This document shows, in pieces, positions 22,285-31,140 of a DNA stretch of 32,000 nt. The DNA is from Opitutia bacterium KCR 482 (GTDB lineage Bacteria > Verrucomicrobiota > Verrucomicrobiia > Opitutales > Intestinicryptomonadaceae). The stretch is from contig CP149973.1 of NCBI GenBank assembly GCA_029269845.2, positions 1,710,001 to 1,742,000 on the forward strand, read 5' to 3'. The number at the start of each line of letters is the position of its first letter. Position 1 is the first letter of the stretch. Below the pieces are notes generated by a model. It saw nothing but the letters and a program-made list of their open reading frames with translations. It was not told the DNA's origin and did not search any database. Made by a program: the position numbers and the translations under genes.

Positions 22285-22499
22285 TCTGCGAGCTTGTCGC
22301 GTGGATATGCGCCAACAGCCCGCTCAAATGGGACGACGTTCTGGAGCTTTCGCCACTGCGGTTGCGGCACATATCGAAAGCGATAGCCCGCCGCCGCGCC
22401 CGCAACACCGCCGCGACGTTCGACGCCAACCTCGCTGCCAACGGAGACGAAAATGCCCTCAGTCGAATCAACAAAGACCTGAGGGCTGCGGAGGATTAG
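21889..22499 (+). CDS. predicted G-T fusion chaperone made by -1 programmed frameshift at CCCTTTT (22173-22179)
   Basis: The -1 frame is open to 22499 and has no start codon after the gpG-like stop at 22284 (its only ATG, ~22011, lies ~275 nt upstream inside the gpG-like gene). Its distal part encodes ...VCELVAWICANSPLKWDDVLELSPLRLRHISKAIARRRA.... A canonical X_XXY_YYZ heptamer is followed 5 nt downstream by the hairpin TTGGTTGC/GCAACCAA (22185-22214). Confidence 0.5.
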
Positions 22500-22511
22500 G
22501 AAGACGGCGGG

Positions 22512-22661
22512 CTATTTCTTGTAGTAGACCTTTATGACGGGCTTACCGAGGCTGTCGTTCCATCCGGGAAGACGGAGCAACAATTTCAGAATGACATACC
22601 ACACTCCAAGTATTCCCACGAAGAGTATTCCTTTTATAAGTATGTCAACTATGCTTTCCAT
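22512..22661 (-). CDS. small antisense membrane protein (49 aa), moron-like
   Basis: MESIVDILIKGILFVGILGVWYVILKLLLRLPGWNDSLGKPVIKVYYKK. It lies on the opposite strand in an AT-rich gap between the G/G-T and tape measure genes. It is too short for the ORF track and I see no clear SD. Confidence 0.4.
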   Translation of the reverse strand: MESIVDILIKGILFVGILGVWYVILKLLLRLPGWNDSLGKPVIKVYYKK

Positions 22662-22716
22662 TTCTTTGAAGATTATCGGCCTTAAAATTTAGAAAATCAA
22701 CAAAAATCGCACAAAT

Positions 22717-25700
22717 ATGGCAGATCCTTATGACATACTCATAAAAGTCAAAGCCCAACTTGACGAAATCCATAAATTTTTGGGCGAACTGCGGGCGGTC
22801 GGGGAGGAAATCTCGAAAATCAACGGGCTCAACTTTTCGGCTGTGTCGAAGTCGGCGATGGAGCTTTCGGAAATCACAAAAGCCCTTGCCGAAGCCGCCG
22901 TTTCAAGCAAAGAAACTTTCGACAAGCTTAAAGACGCGACCGACAAGGTCGGCGAAAGCTCGAAAAAGTTTAGAGACGAGAACCGAAAGACAAAGGAGGG
23001 AATCGATAAGTTTTCCACTTCGTTGCAGGGCTTTTATATGGAGCTCGGCGCGTTAAGCGCACGCTTTGCAACCCAGCTTCCCTCGGCCATAACAAAGTCG
23101 ATTCAGGCTTTCGGGCAACAGGAAATGGCGGTGTCGCGCTTGGCGGCTTCGATACGCTCCCACGGTGGAAACGTGTCGGAGGTGTTGCCCATAATGCAAA
23201 ACTTCGCCTCCGAAATGCAGCGCATCACAACCTACGGCGACGAGCAGGTGATTGCGATGCAGGCAATGGCGGCTTCAATGGGCATTTCGGCGGAACAAAT
23301 GCAGGGGGTTATACGCTCGGCAATAGGACTTTCCGCCGCCCTGAAAATGGACGTTATGACGGCGGTCAAAGCCGCATCGGCGGCAATGCAGGGCAAGACA
23401 ACCGCGTTGCAGGAATATATCCCCGCGCTTTCCAAGTGCAAGACGGAGGAGGAAAAGCTTGCAATGGTACAAAAACTTTCGTCTTCGGGCTTCGCTCAGG
23501 CGAAAGCCGAAGCCGAAACAAGCGTCGGCAAGCTCAAACAACTCGCCAACGCTTGGGGCGACCTCGCCGAAACCGTCGGCGGACAGTTTGCCCCCGCTGC
23601 GGCGGACGTGGCTGACCTCCTGAAAGGAATGTGCGGTGTGCTTGCCGACAACAAGGGCTTTGCAACGCTCCTTACCGAGGCTCTCGCGGGGCTTGCAATC
23701 GCCCTTACGTTTTCGAGAATCGGCGGACTTGCGAGCGTGTCGCGAATGTTCAGGCTTGTTTCGCTCTCGATAAACGGCACAACGCTTGCCACAAAAACGC
23801 TCTCGTCGGCGTTGAAAGCAACGCCGTGGGGGGCGGTCGCGGGGCTTGCGACGGCGGCGGTGATGGGGCTTGCCTCCGCGTACTCGTACTTTGCCGAAAA
23901 GTCGCGGGAAGCCTACAAAAAAAGCATCGAGGCTTCGGCACAATACCGCGCCGCAATCGACGAAGAAGTGGCGTATCTCAAACAATGGGGCATTACGCTC
24001 GACGGCAACAAGAGACGCGCGGCGGAGGTTGCCGCCGAAATCGCCAAGCTCGCCAAAGAGCGCAACGAATACGAGCGGGCAAACCTCCGCAACGCAAATA
24101 CCGGCTCGATGGGCGGCATATCGGGGTATGTCGATCCCAACGCCAGATCGCAACTCAACAACTACGACGAAAAAATAAAATCGCTCAAAGGGCTTCTTGC
24201 CGCGCTTGCGCCCGCCGAGAATTTGGCGGCGACTGCGGCGAAACAGCACGCGGCGGCCGTCGAACGGTCGAACGCGATTCTCGCCGAAAGCGAGGCAAAA
24301 CTGCGGGCGGCGACCGACGGCACGGAAGCCCTGCGGCAAATTCGCCAAAAGTACGCCGACACCGAGCGCGAAATTGCCGACATCGAAGCGGCGTTCAACG
24401 GCGGAACGGTGAAAGACTCCGAACGCGTGGCAAAGGCAAACCGCCTTGCGCAGGCGCGGCGGGAGATTTTGGAGCTCGGCAAAGCCGAAGCCGAACAGGT
24501 TTTGAAAAACGGCGAAAACGAAAGAACCGCCGATATGTTGCAACTGCTTTCGCGGAAACTGTCGCTTGAAATACAAATTGCCGACGCGAAGAATCGCGGC
24601 GATTCGGAGGAAGAAAAGCGTCTGCAAAGCCTGTCGGAATCGGTCGCGCAGGATTTGCGCCGCGCCGAGTTGGCGAAGCAGCATATCAATTCGCTGAAAG
24701 ACACGGTAAAGACCGAGGGCGATTATGCCGACCTTAAAAAACGCGCCTACGCTTCGGCGGAAGCGGCGTTGAAAGTCGAGAGGGAAAAAGCCGACGCGGA
24801 GAAGTGGCTTGCGTCCGAGACTGCGGCTTCGAAGACGCGCCAGCAGGGCTTGGAGATGGACATTCTCCGCGCCAGAGCTTCGGGCAACGAAACGCTCGCG
24901 AAAGAGCTCGAAGGCTCGCAGCGGGTCGCGCAGCTCGCCTCCGAAATCTTCGAAAACGCCCGCCGCGAGGGCATGAGCCGCGACGAGCTTGTAAACCTGC
25001 AAAATTCCGCCAACGCGCAGGCCCGCGAACGCTACAACCTCGAAAAGTCCATCACCGACGAAGCCGAGCGGCAGAACGCCGCGAAGGACGCGCAGACGAA
25101 AATAGAGGACATCATTCTGGCGAACAAAATCGAGCAGCTCAAAGCGCAGGGGCGGATGAAGGAGGCGCAGGCACTTGCGGAGGAACGCGACATCAAACGA
25201 AGTCTCGCGGGCTTGCAGGGCGTGTCCGACGAAGACAAAAAGAAACTCGCCGCCACAATGCGACAAACGAACGTCTACCGTACCGCCCGACAGGGAGGCT
25301 CGGCGGGCGCGGGCGGCGCGGGCTACGAAAGCGGCGGAAGCTTCGGCGGAGGAACGGGCGGAAGTTCGGGAAACAACCGCAAACGCCCCGCGACGGTCTC
25401 CGCCAAATATGCGGATTTGTACGACCAGTGGAAGGCCGCGGGCGGTTCGAAGTCGGGGCAAAGCTGGACGGCGTTTCGCGACGCCAACAAGGACACCCTC
25501 AACGCCCACGCCCAAGGCAAACAAACCGCAGGCGAGCGGAAGATGTCGGGATACGCGCAGGGGGCGGTCGGCAATATAAGGTCCGCCGCAACTTCGATGA
25601 CATCGCGAGCTCCGCAAGGCGTTGCCGCAACCGCAAAGGCGGCGCAGGGCAATTCGGCAACGCGCTCGAACAAAACGCAGGAGCAGCAAAAGCCGCAGCT

Positions 25701-25881
25701 CGCAGCAAACCCCGCCCTCAACGAAAAGCTCGACGCAATGGGCGCAAGCACGGGCGGCGGCTCGGACGACAACAAGGCGCAGTCGCTCGGCGAAATCGCC
25801 TCCGCCGTCAAAACGATGTCCGAAACCCTCGAAACCCTCAAAACAACGGTCTCCGCGCTCGCGGAGCGAAAGGCTAAATAA
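22717..25881 (+). CDS. tail tape measure protein
   Basis: 1054 aa, mostly Ala/Glu/Lys-rich predicted coiled coil. It has a central hydrophobic block (GFATLLTEALAGLAIALTF...WGAVAGLATAAVMGLASAY) and a Gly-rich C-terminal tract, and it lies after the G/G-T pair. Confidence 0.9.
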   Translation: MADPYDILIKVKAQLDEIHKFLGELRAVGEEISKINGLNFSAVSKSAMELSEITKALAEAAVSSKETFDKLKDATDKVGESSKKFRDENRKTKEGIDKFSTSLQGFYMELGALSARFATQLPSAITKSIQAFGQQEMAVSRLAASIRSHGGNVSEVLPIMQNFASEMQRITTYGDEQVIAMQAMAASMGISAEQMQGVIRSAIGLSAALKMDVMTAVKAASAAMQGKTTALQEYIPALSKCKTEEEKLAMVQKLSSSGFAQAKAEAETSVGKLKQLANAWGDLAETVGGQFAPAAADVADLLKGMCGVLADNKGFATLLTEALAGLAIALTFSRIGGLASVSRMFRLVSLSINGTTLATKTLSSALKATPWGAVAGLATAAVMGLASAYSYFAEKSREAYKKSIEASAQYRAAIDEEVAYLKQWGITLDGNKRRAAEVAAEIAKLAKERNEYERANLRNANTGSMGGISGYVDPNARSQLNNYDEKIKSLKGLLAALAPAENLAATAAKQHAAAVERSNAILAESEAKLRAATDGTEALRQIRQKYADTEREIADIEAAFNGGTVKDSERVAKANRLAQARREILELGKAEAEQVLKNGENERTADMLQLLSRKLSLEIQIADAKNRGDSEEEKRLQSLSESVAQDLRRAELAKQHINSLKDTVKTEGDYADLKKRAYASAEAALKVEREKADAEKWLASETAASKTRQQGLEMDILRARASGNETLAKELEGSQRVAQLASEIFENARREGMSRDELVNLQNSANAQARERYNLEKSITDEAERQNAAKDAQTKIEDIILANKIEQLKAQGRMKEAQALAEERDIKRSLAGLQGVSDEDKKKLAATMRQTNVYRTARQGGSAGAGGAGYESGGSFGGGTGGSSGNNRKRPATVSAKYADLYDQWKAAGGSKSGQSWTAFRDANKDTLNAHAQGKQTAGERKMSGYAQGAVGNIRSAATSMTSRAPQGVAATAKAAQGNSATRSNKTQEQQKPQLAANPALNEKLDAMGASTGGGSDDNKAQSLGEIASAVKTMSETLETLKTTVSALAERKAK

Positions 25882-25882
25882 T

Positions 25883-27184
25883 ATGCTCGACCCGCAAAAC
25901 GACTTCAACTCTCCCTGCTACGACGACACTTTCCGCCGTAACTACTTCTTCAAGGAGTATCGGGATTTCGGGGAGTATTTCCTCGAGCTCGACTACTGGA
26001 TTATGCGCGAGGCGTTCGTGTCGCGAATCGGCAGCCCCCTGAACCTCGACCAAACCCACTACGACACCGGCGGGCGCGGCGCGAAAATCTTCCGCGACCT
26101 TTCCGATTCCGAACGCGCAACGCTCGTTTCGCGCGGGTATTTTCTGGGCGACGAAACGGTCGAATGCGGAACGTCGGTGTTCGGCGACATCTACCACGTC
26201 ACCGAGCTTTACGTCTACGTCCCCAAAAGCGGCGCGGACAGCAAGGTTTTCAGCTCGTACACCTCGGAGGTCGTCAACTTCCCCTCGCTCGTGGATTTCG
26301 ACTGCGATTTGGCGCTTTCGGGCGGCTACGGCGATTTTTCGTACAATACTTCGACAAAGGAGGTCGGATTTAAGTCCGACAGGCTCGCGGTCGGCGACAC
26401 GTTCTACATGGAAAGGGAGGAGCGGCTGATAAACGGCGTTTGGCATAAAGGCTGCCGCTCCGACGCAATGACCGTGCTGCGGCGGTCGGGCGAGCTTGTC
26501 TACGCAAAGGCGTCGGACTTCACCCGCCCGAAAGGCGAGGTGCTGACGGCAAAAGAGGTGCTCTACGACAACCGAAATGTCGCGGGCGGAAAAATCAGGG
26601 TGAGCACGCCGCTCGAAACGCTCGACTACCGCTCCTTCGAATTCCTCTGCGGGCTCGACGAAGTGGGCTTCACCACCGAAAAACTCTCCGTCGGCGACGA
26701 TTTCTTTCTGGACAGGCCGTACAAAAGACTCGCCACCGACTATTACGCATGTCGAAGCTCGATGATGACGGTTTCGCGGCGCGAGGGCGATTTGGTCTAT
26801 GCAAAAGCCACATCGTTCGCGAATTCGTACACGGGCGATACATACTCCGCAAAGGCAATTCTGTTCGACAACCGAAACGTCGACGGCGGAATAATTTTCG
26901 TGAGAGCGCCGACAAAGCGGTGGGGCGAGAGGTCGTTGCAGGTGTCGGTGAGGAGGGAAACGGCGTTTTTTGGGGCAAAGCCCGAAATCCGCGGAAAGTT
27001 CGCGCCGACCGACCAACTGACGGGAATCGAAACGGGACAAATAGACTCGGGGACGACGCCGAGCTATAAAGACTACCGACAACTGATGGCGTCGGGAGGG
27101 GAAATCCGCTCCGCGCCGTCGACAGTCGAGGAGGTTTATAAAGGCCTCTGGCGACGCGACGATTTCTACACAGTTGCAAGATGA
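25883..27184 (+). CDS. phage tail-associated protein with an internal ~84-aa tandem duplication
   Basis: The start is taken at MLDPQNDF, 1 nt after the tape measure stop. Residues 160-243 and 260-343 align: VGF(K/T)..(R/K)L(A/S)VGD.F(Y/F)......R(S)..MTV.RR.G(E/D)LVYAKA..F.......AK..L(Y/F)DNRNV.GG.I.V..P. Confidence 0.7.
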   Translation: MLDPQNDFNSPCYDDTFRRNYFFKEYRDFGEYFLELDYWIMREAFVSRIGSPLNLDQTHYDTGGRGAKIFRDLSDSERATLVSRGYFLGDETVECGTSVFGDIYHVTELYVYVPKSGADSKVFSSYTSEVVNFPSLVDFDCDLALSGGYGDFSYNTSTKEVGFKSDRLAVGDTFYMEREERLINGVWHKGCRSDAMTVLRRSGELVYAKASDFTRPKGEVLTAKEVLYDNRNVAGGKIRVSTPLETLDYRSFEFLCGLDEVGFTTEKLSVGDDFFLDRPYKRLATDYYACRSSMMTVSRREGDLVYAKATSFANSYTGDTYSAKAILFDNRNVDGGIIFVRAPTKRWGERSLQVSVRRETAFFGAKPEIRGKFAPTDQLTGIETGQIDSGTTPSYKDYRQLMASGGEIRSAPSTVEEVYKGLWRRDDFYTVAR

Positions 27185-27232
27185 CCGGAGCAGCCGCCCG
27201 ACGCTCTGTATATAGAGACGGGAAATTTCGCC

Positions 27233-27456
27233 GAACTTAGAAAAACACGACGGCATTTTCAAAGAAATGACCGCAAACTTAGAAAACGCCCGCAAAAAAC
27301 CCGAACGCCTCCGTAACCCCGACCTTGCAACTGCCCTGCAAAGACAATGCACCCCCCGCGCAAACCACCTGCAACGGGGGCTTTCCGCAAGACGGGAAAA
27401 TCAACCAATTTCCTCAAACGCTCGATTTTTTTCCTCAAACCGTCCGCGCGGATACA
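27233..27456. repeat. right-end array of transposase-binding-like motifs (attR-like)
   Basis: TTTCCTCAAACGC (27409-27421) and TTTCCTCAAACCGTCCGCGCGGATACA (27430-27456) are reverse complements of the left-end motifs. Two AACTTAGAAAA(A)C repeats lie at ~27235 and ~27286. Confidence 0.65.
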
Positions 27457-27466
27457 CTTTCGGCGT

Positions 27467-29656
27467 TTAGTAGGTGATTGTTTTTTGTTCGGTGATTTTC
27501 ACTTTGCGCTCGTCCGAAAGTCTTGTGGCGTACATCTCTTCGGCGATTTTCCGCGCGGCTTCGACCGCTTCGTACACGGGGGTATCGGCTATGTCCACAA
27601 AGCCCACGCTGTAATTTTCGCCGTCGCCCACTCTGCCCGTCGTCGGCTGGTCGTAGTACTGGAACCAGTGCGCCCCCACGATTATCGGGTTTTCGACCGC
27701 GCTCAGAACGTAGGTGTTGTATTTTTCTATGCGCTCCGGCATTGTGGCGCATGCGCGGAGTCCGCCGCCGAATACGCCCCTGTCCTGATTTCCGAAGTGG
27801 AATTCGCCCACGATTACGGGTTTGTCTTTTGCGTTCTTTGGCAGTTTGAATGCGGAGACGTCGTCGCGGTAGAGGTTGTAGCTCATGACATCGCAGAACT
27901 TCGACGCCGACTTCTCCACAAGCTCGTTCGTCCACGCGAGGCGGCAGCCGAGGTAGAGAGTGTCGGGCGCGACGCGCTTGACCGCCTTGCGGCATGTGCG
28001 GAAATATTTTTCGTAGAATTTTCTTTCGATTCTAAGCATGTCATTTTTGCCCGATTTCGTTTTCGGAACGAAGTCGGTTTTTGCGAGGAAGTCGTCCCAG
28101 CCTGCGTATTTGGAATTCCACGCGGCGTTGAGTTTTTCGATTTCGCCGTATTTCTTTTCGAGCATTTTTTTGAACTCGATTTTCGCGGGCTGGTCCGCCT
28201 TGCACGAGAGAATCGCCGCGGGCAGCACGAGCGTTTCGGTCTGCCACGGAAGCTCGTTGTCCACAAACACGCCCACGCAGTACGGCGAGTTCATCAGCCG
28301 CGCCGATTTCGCCACGGCCTCGAGCGTGAGCCTTTCGAAATTTTCGTCGAAGTAGTCGGGCACGGGCTGCCAGTACGCGTTGAGCTTTTTCTGCGATTCG
28401 AGTTTCTTGGGAGCTTTTGCGCTTGTGAACAGCGCGAACGGAATTTCCGAGTTTTCCAGAAGTTCGGGTCTTGTCCACGCGCCGTAAGTGTTGACGCCCC
28501 ACGAGCGCATGCGTCGGGGCGCAACGGCGTTGTAGTTCTTGGCGTCGTCGCCGTATTTTTTGTCGATGTTGCGCAGGTAGAAATTGTAGGTCTGGAATTT
28601 GCCTTCAAGCAGGCGCGACCAGTACGCCGTCTTTTCGTATTTTTTGTCGGAGACGTCGGCGAAATATTCCCCGCGGTTTGTGATAATCGTGGGGGCGGTC
28701 GCGCCCACGCAGTCGATGCCGTGCGACCAGAACAGGTTGCCGTCGGGGGTGATGAGCCACCACTTGCCGCCGATTTTCTGCGCGCGGAAGTGCCCCGTCG
28801 CCGCGTATTTTCTGTCGGGGTCGAGCAGCCCGAAATACTTGTCGCGGTCGGGGATTGTCCCGAGTTTTTTCTCGAAGCTTTGCTCTTCGGAGAGGCGCGT
28901 TTTCAGGTCGGCGTCGGTCAGGATTTTATTCTTCCAGTTTCTGTGCATGTACTGCCCGTATTTGTCGATAAACGGGCAGAATTTTTCGCGCGGAATGGAG
29001 AGCGCGGGGTCGGCGTCGTTGAAGCCCTTGCCCGACATCGGCGGTCTCCTGAAATATTTGAACGCGCCGTCCTCGAAAAGCCACGCGTATTTGGGCATGG
29101 GCAGTTTTTCTATTTTGATGTCGTCTATTTTCAGCACGCCGCCGCCTGCGGAGGTGATTTCGATTTTCCTTTCTCCGTCCGCCTGCGCGAGGAATGTCGC
29201 AGTTAGCGTGTCGGAGTCTTTCGAGGTTTTGAAGAGCAGCGTGTTTTTCTGCGCTCCCAAAACTGCGTCGCGCGTATTCGACGTCTTGCCGTAGCACATG
29301 TAGACAAAGAATGTGGGTGTTTCCCCGCCGCCGATTTCGGGGGTGGAGTATTTGAAGGTCAGCTTGTAGGCGTAGCCCTTTTCGAACTTGGGGATTAAAA
29401 TCGAAAGCGCAAGCGGGTACTGGCGTTTCGATTTCCGCGTGTCAACCACAAGCGACTTCCCGCCCGAAAGCGCGTTTTCTTCGGAAACTACCGCGGTTTC
29501 CTCTGTTATGACGCAGTTTGCGCCGCTGTTTTTGTCGAAATTTTCGAAGTTTTCAAAAAGCACCGTGTTTTCCGAAACGGATTCCCCCGCGACCGTCGCG
29601 CACGCCGCAAGGATAATCGGCGCGATTGCGGCTGCAAATAGATTTGGAATTTTCAT
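27467..29656 (-). CDS. secreted glycoside hydrolase: N-terminal beta-sandwich/CBM-like region plus clan GH-A TIM barrel (GH50-like; family tentative)
   Basis: The start was chosen at [20 protein letters not shown] (signal peptide). Motifs present: [55 protein letters not shown]. Confidence 0.75.
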   Translation of the reverse strand: [729 protein letters not shown]

Positions 29657-29808
29657 GCATAAACAGCCTAAAACGTCGCTCGGCGGCGGCAATCAAAAAA
29701 AAGTCCAAAATGCTTGACAGGGGGCTTCGATGTGTTAAATCATCTTCTCATACGTTTGAGGCGTGAATTCGCTTGCGCCTTTTCGACAAACCAATTCATT
29801 ATACTATC

Positions 29809-31125
29809 ATGGACAGGAGAGATTTTATCAAAAAAATGGCGGGTGCGGGAATGGCCTTGGGCTTCCCCACAATCATACCCGCTTCGGCGTTGGGCAAGGA
29901 CGGCGCGGTTGCGCCGAGCGAACGAATCACGTTTGCTTCGATAGGCTTGGGCACGCAGGGCTGCGGAAACACGGGCGTCTTCGTGAGCGACAAGCGTTTG
30001 CAGCTTGTGGGGCTTTGCGACGTAAACGCAACCGAAGGCCGCCAGTACTACGGCTACGGCAACAACGACCAGCGCGGCTTGCAGGTTGCCCGCAAAAACT
30101 TCGGCATGGACATTCCATGCTACAACGACTTCCGCGAAGTCGTCGCCCGCAAGGATATTGACTTTATCATGTCGGCTACCCCCGACCATTGGCACGCGAT
30201 AATCGCCCTTGCGTGCGTCGCGGCGGGCAAGGACGTCTACGGCGAAAAGCCCCTCACCCGAACAATCCGCGAGGGCAAGATTTTGCGCGATGCCGTGGAG
30301 GCTTCGGGCATAATCTGGCAGACGGGCTCGTGGCAGCGTTCCATTCCCACGTTCGTGCGCGCGGCGGAAATCGTCAGGAACGGCTACTTGGGCAGAATAA
30401 GCAAAATCGTAATCGGCCTTCCGTCGAATTTCAGGAGCGAAATCCTCAAACCCGTTCCCGTCCCGAAAGGCTTCGACTGGGAAATGTGGCAGGGCCCCGC
30501 GCCGCGCTCGTCGTACTACAACCCGTGCAAGACGTTCACCCGCTGGCGCGGCATAATGAATTACAGCGCGGGCAAAATTGCCGACTGGGGCGCGCACCAC
30601 CTCGACATCGCGCATTGGGCGATGGGCGTGGACGAATCGGGCCCGATTGAAATCCGTCCCAATTTCGTTGAATGGCCCAAAGACGGCTTCTCCGACCAGC
30701 CCACAAAGTTCTCGATAACTTTCCGCTACAAGAACGGTGTGGAGGTCGAAATGTCCGACATGAACCGCAACGGCGTGGAATTCTTCGGCGAAAAGGGAAC
30801 GCTTTTCGTCTCCCGCGCGACGATTGTCTCGAACCCGCTTTCGATTGCCGAAACGCGCATTCTGCCCACCGAGGACAGGCTCTTCCCCGTCCGCGCGGGC
30901 AACCACTTCACGGCGTTTGTGGACAGCATTCTCGACAGGCGCAGGGCGGCGACCGACATCAACATTGCGCACCGCACAAACACGGGCTGCCTGCTGGGCG
31001 AAATCGCGTACAGGCTCAACCGCACAATCAAATGGAACCCCGACACGGAGGAGATTGTCGGCGACGACGAAGCCGCCCGCATGTGCGACCGCGCCTACTG
31101 CGCCCCGTGGGAACTCAAAGCGTAA
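29809..31125 (+). CDS. Tat-signal Gfo/Idh/MocA family oxidoreductase
   Basis: MDRRDFIKKMAGAGMALGF is a Tat signal. It is followed by ITFASIGLGTQG...LVGLCDVN (Rossmann N-terminus), DFIMSATPDHWHA and DVYGEKPL. Confidence 0.9.
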   Translation: MDRRDFIKKMAGAGMALGFPTIIPASALGKDGAVAPSERITFASIGLGTQGCGNTGVFVSDKRLQLVGLCDVNATEGRQYYGYGNNDQRGLQVARKNFGMDIPCYNDFREVVARKDIDFIMSATPDHWHAIIALACVAAGKDVYGEKPLTRTIREGKILRDAVEASGIIWQTGSWQRSIPTFVRAAEIVRNGYLGRISKIVIGLPSNFRSEILKPVPVPKGFDWEMWQGPAPRSSYYNPCKTFTRWRGIMNYSAGKIADWGAHHLDIAHWAMGVDESGPIEIRPNFVEWPKDGFSDQPTKFSITFRYKNGVEVEMSDMNRNGVEFFGEKGTLFVSRATIVSNPLSIAETRILPTEDRLFPVRAGNHFTAFVDSILDRRRAATDINIAHRTNTGCLLGEIAYRLNRTIKWNPDTEEIVGDDEAARMCDRAYCAPWELKA

Positions 31126-31140
31126 AAGGAGAATTTCGAC

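Larger units (their letters stand above)
10369..27456. mobile_element. Mu-like transposable prophage remnant (~17 kb; the left boundary could instead be ~10283)
   Basis: Inverted ends match: TGTCGCGCGGGGCGGTTTGAGGAAAG (10369->) versus the reverse complement of the right end, TGTATCCGCGCGGACGGTTTGAGGAAAA (<-27456). Internally there are MuA-like, MuB-like and GemA-like genes, gpI-like protease/scaffold, capsid, G/G-T and tape measure genes. Confidence 0.7.

Noticed and set aside
21768-22499. 243-aa ORF (TTG start inside the palindromic element) read as a stand-alone gene
   Set aside because: Its 5' part lies in the structured non-coding element. Its middle part is the -1 frame of the gpG-like gene, with Arg-rich nonsense-like sequence. 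Only the distal part is plausible, as the T portion of a G-T frameshift product.
23275-25908. 877-aa minus-strand ORF, plus several 70-360-aa alternate-frame ORFs across 22.7-25.9 kb
   Set aside because: They are antisense to, or out of frame with, the tape measure gene. Their composition is extremely Arg/Gly/Phe-biased with no domain pattern. The tape measure frame has the expected coiled-coil and transmembrane organisation and operon coupling.
10364-27461. A 5-bp Mu-type target-site duplication flanking the proposed ends
   Set aside because: The flanks do not match. AAAAT precedes 10369 (or GCTTT precedes 10283), while CTTTC follows 27456. I therefore make no TSD claim, and the exact termini remain uncertain.
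27347-29206. 619-aa plus-strand ORF
   Set aside because: It is a shadow ORF antisense to the glycoside hydrolase (27467-29656), which has a signal peptide and conserved GH-A motifs.
29740-30972. 410-aa minus-strand ORF
   Set aside because: It is antisense to the Tat-signal Gfo/Idh/MocA gene and has an Arg/Ala/Val-rich artefactual composition.
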